This document shows, piece after piece, positions 26,810-38,789 of a stretch of 64,000 nucleotides of DNA. The notes beneath the pieces were generated by a model. That model made no database searches and had not been told where the DNA came from. It was given only the letters and a program-made list of their open reading frames with translations. Position numbers and translations under genes: made by a program. This DNA comes from Macrostomum hystrix. Lineage: Eukaryota > Animalia > Platyhelminthes. The number at the start of each line of letters is the position of its first letter. The first letter of the stretch is position 1. The stretch spans positions 1,798,001 to 1,862,000 of the forward strand of contig CATNEN010000041.1 in the NCBI GenBank assembly GCA_950097015.1, given 5' to 3'.

Positions 26810-28700
26810 AGCTGCCTTCATCTGATCCAAGCTCCCTTCACCTGATCCAAGCTCCCTTCACCTGATCCAAGCTCCCTTCACCTGATCCAAGCTCCCTTCA
26901 CCTGATCCAACCTCCCTTCATCTGATCCAAGCTCCCTTCACCTGATCCAAGCTCCCTTCATCTGATCCAAACTCCCTTCACCTGATCCAAGCTCCCTTCA
27001 CCTGATCCAAGCTCCCTTCACCTGATCCAAACTCCCTTCACCTGATCCAAGCTCCCTTCACCTGATCCAAGCTCCCTTCACCTGATCCAACCTCCCTTCA
27101 TCTGATCCAAGCTCCCTTCACCTGATCCAAGCTCCCTTCATCTGATCCAAACTCCCTTCACCTGATCCAAGCTCCCTTCACCTGATCCAAGCTCCCTTCT
27201 CCTGATCCAAGCATCCTTCACCTGATCCAAACTCCCTTCACCTGATCCAACCTCCCTTCATCTGATCCAAGCTCCCTTCACCTGATCCAAGCTCCCTTCA
27301 CCTGATCCAACCTCCCTTCATCTGATCCAAGCTCCCTTCACCTGATCCAAGCTCCCTTCATCTGATCCAAACTCCCTTCACTTGATCCAAGCTCCCTTCA
27401 CCTGATCCAAGCTCCCTTCACCTGATCCAAGCTCCCTTCACCTGATCCAAGCTCCCTTCACCTGATCCACGCTCCCTTCACCTGATCCAAGCTCCCTTCA
27501 CCTGATCCAAACTCCCTTCACCTGATCCAAGCTCCCTTCACCTGATCCAAGCTCCCTTCACCTGATCCAACCTCCCTTCATCTGATCCAAGCTCCCTTCA
27601 CCTGATCCAAGCTCCCTTCATCTGATCCAAACTCCCTTCACCTGATCCAAGCTCCCTTCACCTGATCCAAGCTCCCTTCACCTGATCCAAACTCCCTTCA
27701 CCTGATCCAAGCTCCCTTCACCTGATCCAAGCTCCCTTCACCTGATCCAACCTCCCTTCATCTGATCCAAGCTCCCTTCACCTGATCCAAGCTCCCTTCA
27801 TCTGATCCAAACTCCCTTCACCTGATCCAAGCTCCCTTCACCTGATCCAAGCTCCCTTCTCCTGATCCAAGCATCCTTCACCTGATCCAAACTCCCTTCA
27901 CCTGATCCAACCTCCCTTCATCTGATCCAAGCTCCCTTCACCTGATCCAAGCTCCCTTCACCTGATCCAACCTCCCTTCATCTGATCCAAGCTCCCTTCA
28001 CCTGATCCAAGCTCCCTTCATCTGATCCAAACTCCCTTCACCTGATCCAAGCTCCCTTCACCTGATCCAAGCTCCCTTCACCTGATCCAAGCTCCCTTCA
28101 CCTGATCCAAACTCCCTTCACCTGATCCAAACTCCCTTCACCTGATCCAAGCTCCCTTCACCTGATCCAAGCTTCCTTCACCTGATCCAACCTCCCTTCA
28201 CCTGATCCAAGCTCCCTTCAGCTGATCCAAGCTCCCTTCACCTGATCCAAACTCCCTTCACCTGATCCAAGCTCCCTTCACCTGATCCAAACTCCCTTCA
28301 CCTGATCCAAGCATCCTTCACCTGATCCAAACTCCCTTCACCTGATCCAAGCTTCCTTCACCTGATCCAACCTCCCTTCACCTGATCCAAGCTCCCTTCA
28401 CCTGATCCAAGCTCCCTTCACCTGATCCAAACTCCCTTCACCTGATCCAAACTCCCTTCACCTGATACAAACTCCCTTCACCTGATCCAAGCTCCCTTCA
28501 CCTGATCCAAGCATCCTTCACCTGATCCAAACTCCCTTCACCTGATCCAAGCTTCCTTCACCTGATCCAACCTCCCTTCACCTGATCCAAGCTCCCTTCA
28601 CCTGATCCAAGCTCCCTTCACCTGATCCAAGCTCCCTTCACCTGATCCAAACTCCCTTCACCTGATCCAAGCTCCCTTCACCTGATCCAAGCTCCCTTCA
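26810..28700. repeat. 20-bp minisatellite, second copy, ~94 units
   Basis: Direct reading. Confidence 0.95.
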
Positions 28701-29081
28701 ACTCTCCATGGCAGAGCTCCCTTCATCTCTCCATGGCAGTGCTCCCTTCATCTCTCAATGGCAGAGCTCCCTTCATGTCTCCATGGCAGAGCTCCCTTCA
28801 TCTCTCCATGGCAGAGCTCCCTTCATCTCTCCATGGCAGAGCTCCCTTCATCCCTCCATGGCAGAGCTCCCTTCATCTCTCCATGGCAGAGCTCCCTTCA
28901 TCTCTCCATGGCAGAGCTCCCTTCATCTCTCCATGGCAGAGCTCCCTTCATCTCTCCATGGCATAGCTCCCTTCATCTCTCCATGGCAGAGCTCCCTTCA
29001 TCTCTCCATGGCAGAGCTCCCTTCATCTCTCCATGGCAGAGCTCCCTTCATCTCTCCATGGCAGAGCTCCCTTCATCTCTA
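28701..29081. repeat. 25-bp minisatellite, second copy
   Basis: ORF translations identical to those of 21422-21802. Confidence 0.95.
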
Positions 29082-30901
29082 CAAAGCAGAGCTGTTTGCG
29101 TGCTGCCAAAAATCGAATTTTGCTCTTAAGGTCGGAGCTCAATTATTAAGTGCGAGAGTCAAGGTGAGCAGGAGTTGAAACCTCTGCCGCAGGGATCGCT
29201 TTCTTTCCATCCAGTCACAAATTGATGTCCACCTTTGATGTTTTCTAATATTGTCTTCCCTCGCCCTCGACCGGGATTCAAATCCCATCGAAAATCGAGC
29301 CTCCCAGCCCAGTCCCGCCTCTCGGCTATAAGTGTTTGCGCTGCTGCTGTGAATTATCGCCATTCGGAGCTGAAACCCCATCAGGGAGCTTCGCCACACA
29401 GGGCTATCGGTTTCCAGCGGGTGGGAGGCGCGCGTGACATCCCGATAGCATCAGAGTCCGACTCAAATCCGAGACTGAGTGAGGAGTCGTGGGGGGATGT
29501 GGGAGCGCTGCGTGACTCCGCATGCCGGCCCGGCCGTCCGGGACACGCCACCCGGATCAATTGGCTGCCAGAGGCTGGGCGCCGTATCGCCTTTCCCCGA
29601 CGATGTTGCGCTAGCCTCATTAATTGTGTCGGTTGAGGGGCACCCGATACCCCGGCCTGCCACGACGATTGTATTGTAGCTTTCCCGGCCTCAACAAACC
29701 ACTGCCAGCAGCTGCTGCCCCCGCACTGCCTGTCGTCAGCCTCGCGTGCTCCGCGGGCCCGCCGCCGCGCCCTGCAACTCGAGAGGCCGCTGCAGTTTCT
29801 GTGCGAGCCTGCTTTGCAAGTCGGCTTCTCAGAGAAGCTGGCGCTGTCTCAGGCCTGTCTACAGCTCTCGCACGCATTGCCCTGTCTGCGGAATCACAAT
29901 TTTATAGCTTCACTTCCTTCCAAAACATCTCCCCAATGCCTAGCTTTCACATTTACCCTTCGTCTCCATCTCTATCTCCCCCCCTTTATCTCAGTCTCCC
30001 TCTTCATCTTTCACAAGAAAAGGAATGTAAGAGTACATGACGGTGACGGGAGAGATGAGAGGGCCGCTCGCCAGAAGTCCCTCTCCAGCTGAGTTTCTGT
30101 GGCCATCATCCGCATGAAGGATCCGATCGCTGAAGGCGGAATGCCAATGCTAATACAGACAGGCTTCTCTGCAACTGCTCGCATCGATAAATAAAAGGTC
30201 ATTGTGGCATACCCAGTGCCAGTGACAATTGCAATCAGGAATCGGTCATGCAAATTTGATCGTGCTCGGCGAAGGGCGACTTGTGAAAAATGAAAGGCCA
30301 ATCGGTGGTGTTTCTGAGTAAGAACTGCCACCGACAGCGCTCAACTCGGAGCACTTTTGAGCCAGCGAAGTTTTCAGTCCCCCTTGGCACAGGAGAAACA
30401 AAAATTCATAATTTATGCCTGCATTTGTTGCTAACGAGCTCAAGGCGGCTTTCAGGGCTTGAGCAGGAAGGAGCTCTCCGGCCGGCCCTGGCAACTCAGT
30501 TCGTGAGAAGCTTTGAGCTCGGCCTCTGAATAATGGATTCCGGCCATCTGATCGGGGCAAGGACGGAAGCTGGGCGAAGTGGCGGGGACAGCGGCTTGTC
30601 CGCTGACGGGACTCGCGCCGGTGTCCAAGCTGAGTGTCTCTCACACTCTCTTTGCATTCTTTGGCCTTGCTTGATTTTCTGCGCCTCTCTGTGATCGATC
30701 GATGCTGCGCCCACCTCCGACACCCACAGCTCTGATTGGCTCTGCTATTGCAGTGCTTGCCGCGTTGCCGCTTCCGAATTTGAATTGGAAATTCTTGCGA
30801 AATACTTCAGGACTGGCGGCATCTGGGCTCGATAATCAAGGCGTTTATTGAGAGATAGATAGAAAATAACTAGTATATATAGCTCAGTTTAATGAGGCCT
30901 G

Positions 30902-30995
30902 TCTGTACAGTGTGGGTTTATTGAGGTCCATCTGTACAGTGTGGGTTTATTGAGGTCCATCTGTACAGTGTGGGTTTATTGAGGTCCATCTGTAC
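30902..30995. repeat. 29-bp repeat (CTGTACAGTGTGGGTTTATTGAGGTCCAT), ~3 units
   Basis: Direct reading. Confidence 0.8.
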
Positions 30996-31350
30996 GACTA
31001 CAGGGTGTGTTTATTTGGTACAGTTGTGGTAATTCCGTTGCGCGCTCTACCGGCCTCTCGTTTCCTGCTTCAGGGCTCTGCAAAGACTTGTTTCCTTATC
31101 CCGCAGTCTGCAAAAGAGTGTTGGAATGCCGCAGCCTCCACTCCCAGCTCAGGCTGCCCTCTCCGGTTTTCTCCTGCAGCCAATAGTAGAGATTCTGAGT
31201 TGCCGAGCAGCTCGAATTGAGTCGCATTGGCTGACTCGCAAGAGGCCGATTTGCCACTCCCCCAGGGATTTCGGGTTTTAGACTCGGCTGGCGAGAAAGC
31301 GGCCAACAGTGGCGGAGAATCTCAGCAGCCCCTCAAGCAGCTCGACAGTC

Positions 31351-33314
31351 ATGCAGCCCTGCAGGCCTCCCGGAGCTGGTCACGGTCCGTCGGCCATCTA
31401 CCGCTGGCTGAAGTGCACCAACAGGACTCACCTGGCCCGCTTCCTGGAGGCCTCCGACGAGCAGATGCTGGCGCAGATGCGCACGGAGCTGCCGGCGATG
31501 CTCGGACTGGCCGGCACCTTCGCCGTGCTCATCGTGGTGGGCGGCCTGGCCAACCTGGTGCTGGCCGGGACTCTCTGCTCCAAGCGGGCGCTGCGGGCCA
31601 ATCCGCACGGCCTCTTCGTGCTCAACCTGGCCTGCTCTGACCTTTTGCTGTGCCTCATCACCCAGCCTCTCAACCTTATGCAGTTGCTACAGCATCACTA
31701 CGGCTGGCCCTACGGAGGGCCGCTGTGCAAGGCGGTCAACCTGCTGACTGGGCTTAATCTATTTGTATCCACATTCTCCGTCAGCGCAGTGGCTCTCGAG
31801 CGCTTTCGGGTAAGCGAACTGTTCGCATGGACGGCGACCTAGACTGTGACGCTACTAAAAACCTTGGTCTGGTTGTCAGAGTTTGTCGTGGCCTTGACTG
31901 TGACGTCAGAGTTTGTCGTGGCCTTGACTGTGACGTCAGAGTTTGTCGTGGCCTTTACTGTGACGAGTTTGGTGTAACCTTGACTGTGACGTCAGAGTTT
32001 TTGTGACCTTGACTTTGACGCTGTCCAGGACATCAAGTTCCCTTTCAGAGTCTACCAGCCTCATACAACGCAGAATGAACTAGACTTTATTCGACAAAGA
32101 TAATAAAAGGCGCTGGCTCATCGGCCTTTGTTATACTGAGAACCCCAGGCACAACTTTGAAATGTCCTACCTGATCAGGACGCAGTCCTCGGCCCTCGGA
32201 AGGAGGAAAGCGCTTGCAGAGCAAGTTTCTGAAAGCCCCGACTCACTCCGCTTCCACCCAGCCTCCGTCGCCTCCCCTGGGCGGCAGGTGGGGATCTGGG
32301 GAGCGCCGCGTTGGGACATTGTCCCGCCCGGTGCGTCTCTTCCGGCACCGGGGGAATCCGAGCCCCTCATTGCGCCACCTCCGTGTTCCCGGAGCAAAGT
32401 GGAGCTTCAGTTTGCCCAAATCCCCTCTCAGGGGCTGTCAGCACGACTGTCTTCATCCCAAGTCGAGAAGAGAAATCGCAGCTGAAACTCCCCCGCTCCA
32501 GAGCCCACAGCGATGGCTGAATCAACACGGCAGTAAGTGGAGAATTCACTCTGCAGCCACCTCTCCTCCCCACCTGCGAGATACCGGCTTAGGCATCTCT
32601 ACCGTGGCATGCGGCCCGCCAGCATCGCTCAGGCAGCGGCGACGGACCGAAGAGTGTCTTACTATGAGTAGCACAGCAGATGCCCCATCTTAGTGTCATT
32701 GAAATTCGTTAGAATAATGGGTGTTGATCGCAATGACTTTTGTGATGGGTTCCAGTCCAGAGACTTTTCACCCGTCCCGAACTCGCAGACGATCGTCCAC
32801 CCGTCCGCCGGAGCCCTGCCGATCCTGCGCTGCCGCGTTGTGGTTCTGGGCATCTGGGCCCTCGGCCTCCTCATGGCCTCCCCGATGGCGGTGATGTCGC
32901 AAGTGACGGAGAACCAGATGATCATCTCCAGGCAGGAGTGGCTCTGCATTGAGGACATCAGCCGGCGGTGGACGCAGCTGAAGGTGGCGTACAGCGGCGT
33001 CACCCTGGCCGTGCAGTTTCTCATCCCGCTGCTGGTGCTGGCAATCGCGCACGCCCGGATTTCACGCTTCCTTCGACGCCGACTGGCTGGAGTCGGAGCC
33101 GGCGGTGGCGGCAGCACCCAGCAGGCGGCCCAGCAGCAGGCGCCGGTCGCGGTCAGCGAGTACCGCAGGCAGCGCTGCGCCCTTGAGCAGAGGCGGCAGG
33201 CCCGAGCTAAGGCGCTGCTGGTGGCCACCGTGGCCATCTTTGCCGTGTGCTGGTGTCCCCTCACCATCGTGAACATTCACCTGGACGTGCAGACCCTGCT
33301 GGTTAGCGGCAACA

Positions 33315-33345
<31 letters not shown>

Positions 33346-33694
33346 CCTGGCTACTCCGCCGAATGGCGCTACCGGTGGCGGCAGCGGCGGCGGTGCCATC
33401 CACATCCGCATCGGGCAGGGCATATGCCTGCTGATGGTGCTGCTGTCCGCCTGCGCCAATCCGCTGCTCCACGGCTGCTGCAACCGCAACCTGCGCAAGG
33501 AGCTGCGGCACCGCCTCTGCCGCCGCTTCGACTCCAGGAGCCGCAATCGCTCGGCGGCCGCCCCGGTGACCATCGCCCTGACCGAGAAGCGTCGACCAGA
33601 TGAGGAGGCCGAAGCTTTGAAGGACGACGACGAGTCGCCGGCCGGGCGGCTTCTGGTGGCCGAGGCGCCCGCCGTGGACCTGCAGATTGAGTGA
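31351..33694 (+). CDS. Rhodopsin-class neuropeptide GPCR, NPY/NPF-receptor-like, ~454 aa, 2 coding exons
   Basis: Exon 1 31351-31809 (NLACSDLL, WPYGGPLCK, STFSVSAVALERFR|GTAAG) and exon 2 32789-33694 (CAG|TIVHP, W4.50, LCIE, FAVCWCP, NPLLH). The start Met is uncertain. Confidence 0.85.
31875..32020. repeat. 30-bp degenerate repeat (GTCAGAGTTTGTCGTGGCCTTGACTGTGAC), ~4 units, GPCR intron
   Basis: Direct reading. Confidence 0.8.
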
Positions 33695-34276
33695 GCGGCT
33701 GCGGGCTGGCTTCAGAGGCAGTCGGTCACGTGACTAGATCTGCGAGATAACTATCATCAAAAATGGATTGAATTATTTTAATTTCCCACATATTTATTAA
33801 GTTCCCTGCCATTATTATTGCTCTATATTCGAGTGAAAATCAAAAAAGGACGATAATATATTTTGCTCTTTTCCGTGCTGGATTTTTGGCATTGCGTGAA
33901 TCGGCTCAGTCACATTGTCCTCTCTTTAATAAACCTGCGTAGCTCTCACTGACAATGCTGTTAAAGTACGCATTGAATACAATGCTAACAATGCTTGGGG
34001 CCCAGCTCAATTGGGGAAGTGATTGAAGAATCAGGGGGCCTGACTTCAGTAATAACTGGCTTTCGCAGCGCCATTCTAACTCGGCCTACCTCTGTTGCTA
34101 TGCAAATCTCTCCACCCATGCCACTGTTGCCCCGACCCCGCATGAAGCCTCACCTGTTCCCCATTCGGGAACACCTGGCCTGGTGAGTCGCCTGGCCGAA
34201 TTTGAGTAATAAACAAGCGTCACTCCAGCTTTAAACTCTGCCTACTGTTTCTTTCTTGCTTATTATTTGCTAATGA

Positions 34277-35085
34277 GCACAGTGAGTGAGCAGTGAGTGA
34301 GCAGTGAGTGAGCAGTGAGTGAGCAGTGAGTGAGCAGTGAGTGAGGAGTGAGTGAGGAGTGAGTGAGGAGTGAGTGAGGAGTGAGTGAGGAGTGAGTGAG
34401 GAGTGAGTGAGCAGTGATTGAGGAGTGAGTGAGCAGTCAGTGAGGAGTGAGTAAGGAGTGAGTGAGCAGTGAGTGAGCAGTGAGTGAGGAATGAGTGAGG
34501 AGTGAGTGAGCAGTGAGTGAGCAGTGAGTGAGGAGTGAGTGAGCAGTGAGTGAGCAGTGAGTGAGGAGTGAGTGAGCAGTGAGTAAGCAGTGAGCTGAGC
34601 AGCTTCAAGGCAGTTCAGAGATGCATGACTGCTCAGATACAGTCAGGCAGGAGTCACCGTCTATGTTGCTATGCAAATCTCTCCACCCATGCCACTGTTG
34701 CACAGTGAGTGAGCAGTGAGTGAGCAGTGAGTGAGCAGTGAGTGAGCAGTGAGTGAGGAGTGAGTGAGGAGTGAGTGAGGAGTGAGTGAGCAGTGAGTGA
34801 GGAGTGAGTGAGGAGTGAGTGAGGAGTGAGTGAGCAGTGATTGAGGAGTGAGTGAGCAGTCAGTGAGGAGTGAGTAAGGAGTGAGTGAGCAGTGAGTGAG
34901 CAGTGAGTGAGGAATGAGTGAGGAGTGAGTGAGCAGTGAGTGAGCAGTGAGTGAGGAGTGAGTGAGCAGTGAGTGAGCAGTGAGTGAGGAGTGAGTGAGC
35001 AGTGAGTAAGCAGTGAGCTGAGCAGCTTCAAGGCAGTTCAGAGATGCATGACTGCTCAGATACAGTCAGGCAGGAGTCACCGTCT
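34277..35085. repeat. 11-bp (CAGTGAGTGAG/GAGTGAGTGAG) array plus flank, duplicated at offset 423
   Basis: 34277-34662 matches 34700-35085. Confidence 0.9.
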
Positions 35086-35147
35086 CTGCCTTGCTATTTA
35101 TTCGCTTGCTTTCACCCTCGCTTCGAGTAACAGCGGAGTGAGGAAGT

Positions 35148-35149
<2 letters not shown>

Positions 35150-35179
<30 letters not shown>
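35150..35179. repeat. (GCA)n microsatellite, ~10 units
   Basis: Direct reading. Confidence 0.85.
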
Positions 35180-35180
<1 letters not shown>

Positions 35181-35505
35181 TCCAATTATCCGACTGTGCT
35201 CCCCGCTGCGCCAGTGCAGTTTTCTCAACTGCCAGTTTCGCCCCCGCCGTCCGTAGACCAATTCCCAGGCGCAGCGTTGCTGGCTCAATTGTCGCCGCAT
35301 TTTTGCCGGGGCTGCTCCGCGATCGAGCCAAGGCGCGTTGCTGCATGCGAGTAGTGCTAAACTGCTCACACAAACTGTGTACTCATGGCTCTTTATAATG
35401 GACTCACGTACAGTGCCTTAGTATGATGTGTCTTAGCCCACCAACCCCCGCGTATACAGTGCTTTAGTATGAGTAATCTTCAATATTTTGCTATAATTTT
35501 CTATT

Positions 35506-35900
35506 GTAGCCCATGTTAAATCTTCGGACCTCTTCTCGAGAGGTCGGGAGTTCGAATCCCAGCCCAGGGGAAAGCTTGTCATTGAGATGCCTTGAGCGTA
35601 AGACTGAATTTCCCCTACTTCCAGTTACCTAGGTGTATAGTCGCTACAACAGTAGCTGGGGTAAAAATTTCGGTAGGTTTGGCAGCCACCCCAGTCCATG
35701 GACTGAACAGCTTGTACACAGCCTTTGATTACAACCTTCGATTTTTATAGCTTCGGCTGTGCGAGTGGCTGTACATCCGTTGAAGCGCTATTTCTATCCG
35801 TGTATCAGTGCCCAGGTTACTGGGGCCTCTGATCGGTACCCGCATGGACTCAACTTCCAGTTGCAAGGATTGCATTTGCAAATTTCATTGACTTTACCTT
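35506..35900 (+). mobile_element. tRNA-derived SINE
   Basis: GACCTCT/AGAGGTC hairpin followed by B-box GTTCGAATCC (35550-35559). Shares CCCCAGTCCATNGACTGAACAG with the SINE at 14971. Boundaries approximate. Confidence 0.55.
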
Positions 35901-36131
35901 TGCCCCCCCAGGCAGTCTCGAGTGAGTCCTGTCCTAATTAGGGCAGACTAGGACTATTGTGTGTAGGCATTTCAAACTTCCCCTGCCCTGCAAAGACATC
36001 AATCACATCTGTATAAGTGGCTCAGTGTCTGCCTTCCAATTAGTGTTCCTATGCAGTTTAGAGTCCAATTTGAAGAATGAGTACATTTTCATTGTACCAG
36101 CTCACAGACCGTATATGGGTACAATGTAGAT

Positions 36132-36490
36132 GGGTAGAATGAAGAGGGGTAGAATGAAGAGGGGTAGAATGAAGAGGGGTAGAATGAAGAGGGGTAGAAT
36201 GAAGAGGGGTAGAATGAAGAGGGGTAGAATGAAGAGGGGTAGAATGAAGAGGGGTAGAATGAAGAGGGGTAGAATGAAGCGGGGTAAAACGAAGAGGGGT
36301 AGAATTAAGAGGGTACAATGTAGATGAGTAGAATGAAGAGGGGTACAATAAAGAGGGGTAGAATGAAGAGGAGTAGAATGAAGAGGGGTAAAACGAAGAG
36401 GGGTAGAATGAAGAGGAGTAGAATGAAGAGGGGTAAAACGAAGAGGGGTAAAACGAAGAGGAGTAGAACGAAGAGGGTTAGAATGAACCG
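36132..36490. repeat. 15-bp purine-rich minisatellite (GGGGTAGAATGAAGA), ~24 units
   Basis: Direct reading. Confidence 0.92.
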
Positions 36491-36914
36491 GTTCAGTTGA
36501 GTGCTCTCGCACTGAGACATGCGCTGGCATTCCTAGACCAAGTCACGGCCAGGTGAGCAGCAGCTCTATTGGGGTTGAGCAGGGACTTTTTAAAGCAAAC
36601 TGGCGGGCGGAGTCGCGGCATGCTCCGCGGTGTGATCCCTGCAGTCGCGGGTCGGTCTCACGGGCCTGCATGGAGGCTGGCAGGGCCCGCATTGAAATTC
36701 GCCAGATAATCTGGGGATGGACCGCCGCCCTTCCGCTCTCGCTAATTGAAAAATCCCATTTTCCCGTTGGTCGCATCAGTATAGGCGATTAGCGCCAAGC
36801 GGTTCGCCCTCGTGACGCTTGAATTTCTCGATTAAAAAATTAATTAATTAGTTAATTTGAAGAATCAGCCGCGGCCTGGGAATGCGGGCCGCTCTTCCAC
36901 GAATTTCAGGACTT

Positions 36915-37805
36915 TACCTGATCCCCAACTGGTCTCAGGAATTTACCACCTGATCCCCAACTGGTCTCAGGAATTTACCTGATCCCCAACTGGTCTCAGG
37001 AATTTACCACCTGATCCCCAACTGGTCTCAGGAATTTACCACCTGATCCCCAACTGGTCTCAGGAATTTACCTGATCCCCAACTGGTCTCAGGAATTTAC
37101 CTGATCCCCAACTGGTCTCAAGAATTTACCACCTGATCCCCAACTGGTCTCAGGAATTTACCTGATCCCCAACTGGTCTCAGGAATTTACCACCTGATCC
37201 CCAACTGGTCTCAGGAATTTACCACCTGATCCCCAACTGGTCTCAGGAATTTACCACCTGATCCCCAACTGGTCTCAAGAATTTACCACCTGATCCCCAA
37301 CTGGTCTCAGGAATTTACCACCTGATCCCCAACTGGTCTCAAGAATTTACCACCTGATCCCCAACTGGTCTCAGGAATTTACCACCTGATCCCCAACTGG
37401 TCTCAGGAATTTACCACCTGATCCCCAACTGGTCTCAGGAATTTACCTGATCCGCAACTGGTCTTAGGAATTTACCTGATCCCCAACTGGTCTCAGGAAT
37501 TTACCACCTGATCCCCAACTGGTCTCAAGAATTTACCACCTGATCCCCAACTGGTCTCAGGAATTTACCACCTGATCCCCAACTGGTCTCAGGAATTTAC
37601 CACCTGATCCCCAACTGGTCTCAGGAATTTACCTGATCCGCAACTGGTCTTAGGAATTTACCTGATCCCCAACTGGTCTCAGGAATTTACCACCTGATCC
37701 CCAACTGGTCTCAGGAATTTACCACCTGATCCCCAACTGGTCTCAGGAATTTACCTGATCCGCAACTGGTCTTAGGAATTTACCTGATCCCCAACTGGTC
37801 TCAGG
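36915..37805. repeat. Dimorphic 29/32-bp minisatellite (ACCTGATCCCCAACTGGTCTCAGGAATTT +/- ACC), ~29 units
   Basis: Periods of 32 and 29 observed at 36917, 36949 and 36978. Confidence 0.92.
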
Positions 37806-37859
37806 ACTTGGTCCCGTCTTTTTTTGCTTTCAAATCAGTCTGATCTGCAATTCAGTCCC

Positions 37860-38152
37860 TCCTAATCCCAATCTCGTCTGTCCTAATCCCAATCTTGTCT
37901 CTGCGAATCCCAATCTAGTCTTTCATAATCCCAATCTAGTCTCTCATAATCCAATCTAGTCTGTCCCAATCCCAATCTTGTCTCTCCTAATCCCAATCTT
38001 GTCTCTCCTAATCCCAATCTTGTCTCTCCTAATCCCAATCTTGTCTCTCCTAATCCCAATCTTGTCTCTCCTAATCCCCATCTTGTCTCTCCTAATCCCA
38101 ATCTTGTCTCTCCTAATCCCCATCTTGTCTCTCCGAATCCCAATCTTGTCTC
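37860..38152. repeat. 21-bp minisatellite (CCTAATCCCAATCTTGTCTCT), ~14 units
   Basis: Direct reading. Confidence 0.9.
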
Positions 38153-38603
38153 TAGATGATGGTTGTATTATATAAAACTAGAAAAAATGAAAAGTTTTTA
38201 TTGGCCCAATTGTCATAATCCTAATCTGATTGTCTGCACCCGTCGGAGTTGGCTTGCAAACGGCAGGCGCCATCTGTCAGACATTTATTAAATGCTGAGA
38301 TCAGAAAGAGACAAACCGATAAATTTTTTATGCAGAACTCTAAACTGCTCATTTTTTGTAGACATGAAAGCTTGTTAAAGATGACAAGAAAACATAGATA
38401 GCGCGATATATAATTCACTAGCAGAGGCTGTGCCGAGAACAAAATCAGAGGAATCTGCGGGTGTCAGCTGACTTGAGTCCCACAGATTGAGCAGAAGTGA
38501 CAAGTCACATATTTCTTCGCCGGAAAAAACTCTAAGCAATATTTCTGACATCACCAAACATCCCAATCCCAGATATTCCCAAACTAAAAGTTCTCTAACT
38601 CCT

Positions 38604-38742
38604 AAACTTTCCATTAGCTTTGAAATGCTAAAACTCCTTGTACTGTCAAACTTTCCATAAGCTTTGAAATGCTAAAACTCCTTGTACTGTCAAACTTTCC
38701 ATAAGCTTTGAAATGCTGAAACTCCTTGTACTGTCAAACTTT
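38604..38742. repeat. 44-bp repeat, ~3 units
   Basis: AAGCTTTGAAATGCTAAAACTCCTTGTACTGTCAAACTTTCCAT. Confidence 0.8.
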
Positions 38743-38789
38743 CAAATCCAGATTTTTTCAATCCGTAAACATTATGATCCAAAAAACTT

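Larger units (their letters stand above)
26735..29425 (+). repeat. Segment A' (right copy), continuing into LINE-free sequence
   Basis: Offset 6759 at the start and 7279 at the end relative to segment A, i.e. 26 extra 20-mers. Confidence 0.9.

Noticed and set aside
30011-30331. Minus-strand ORF with a hydrophobic stretch after a good acceptor
   Set aside because: No partner exons or recognisable family; compatible with chance.
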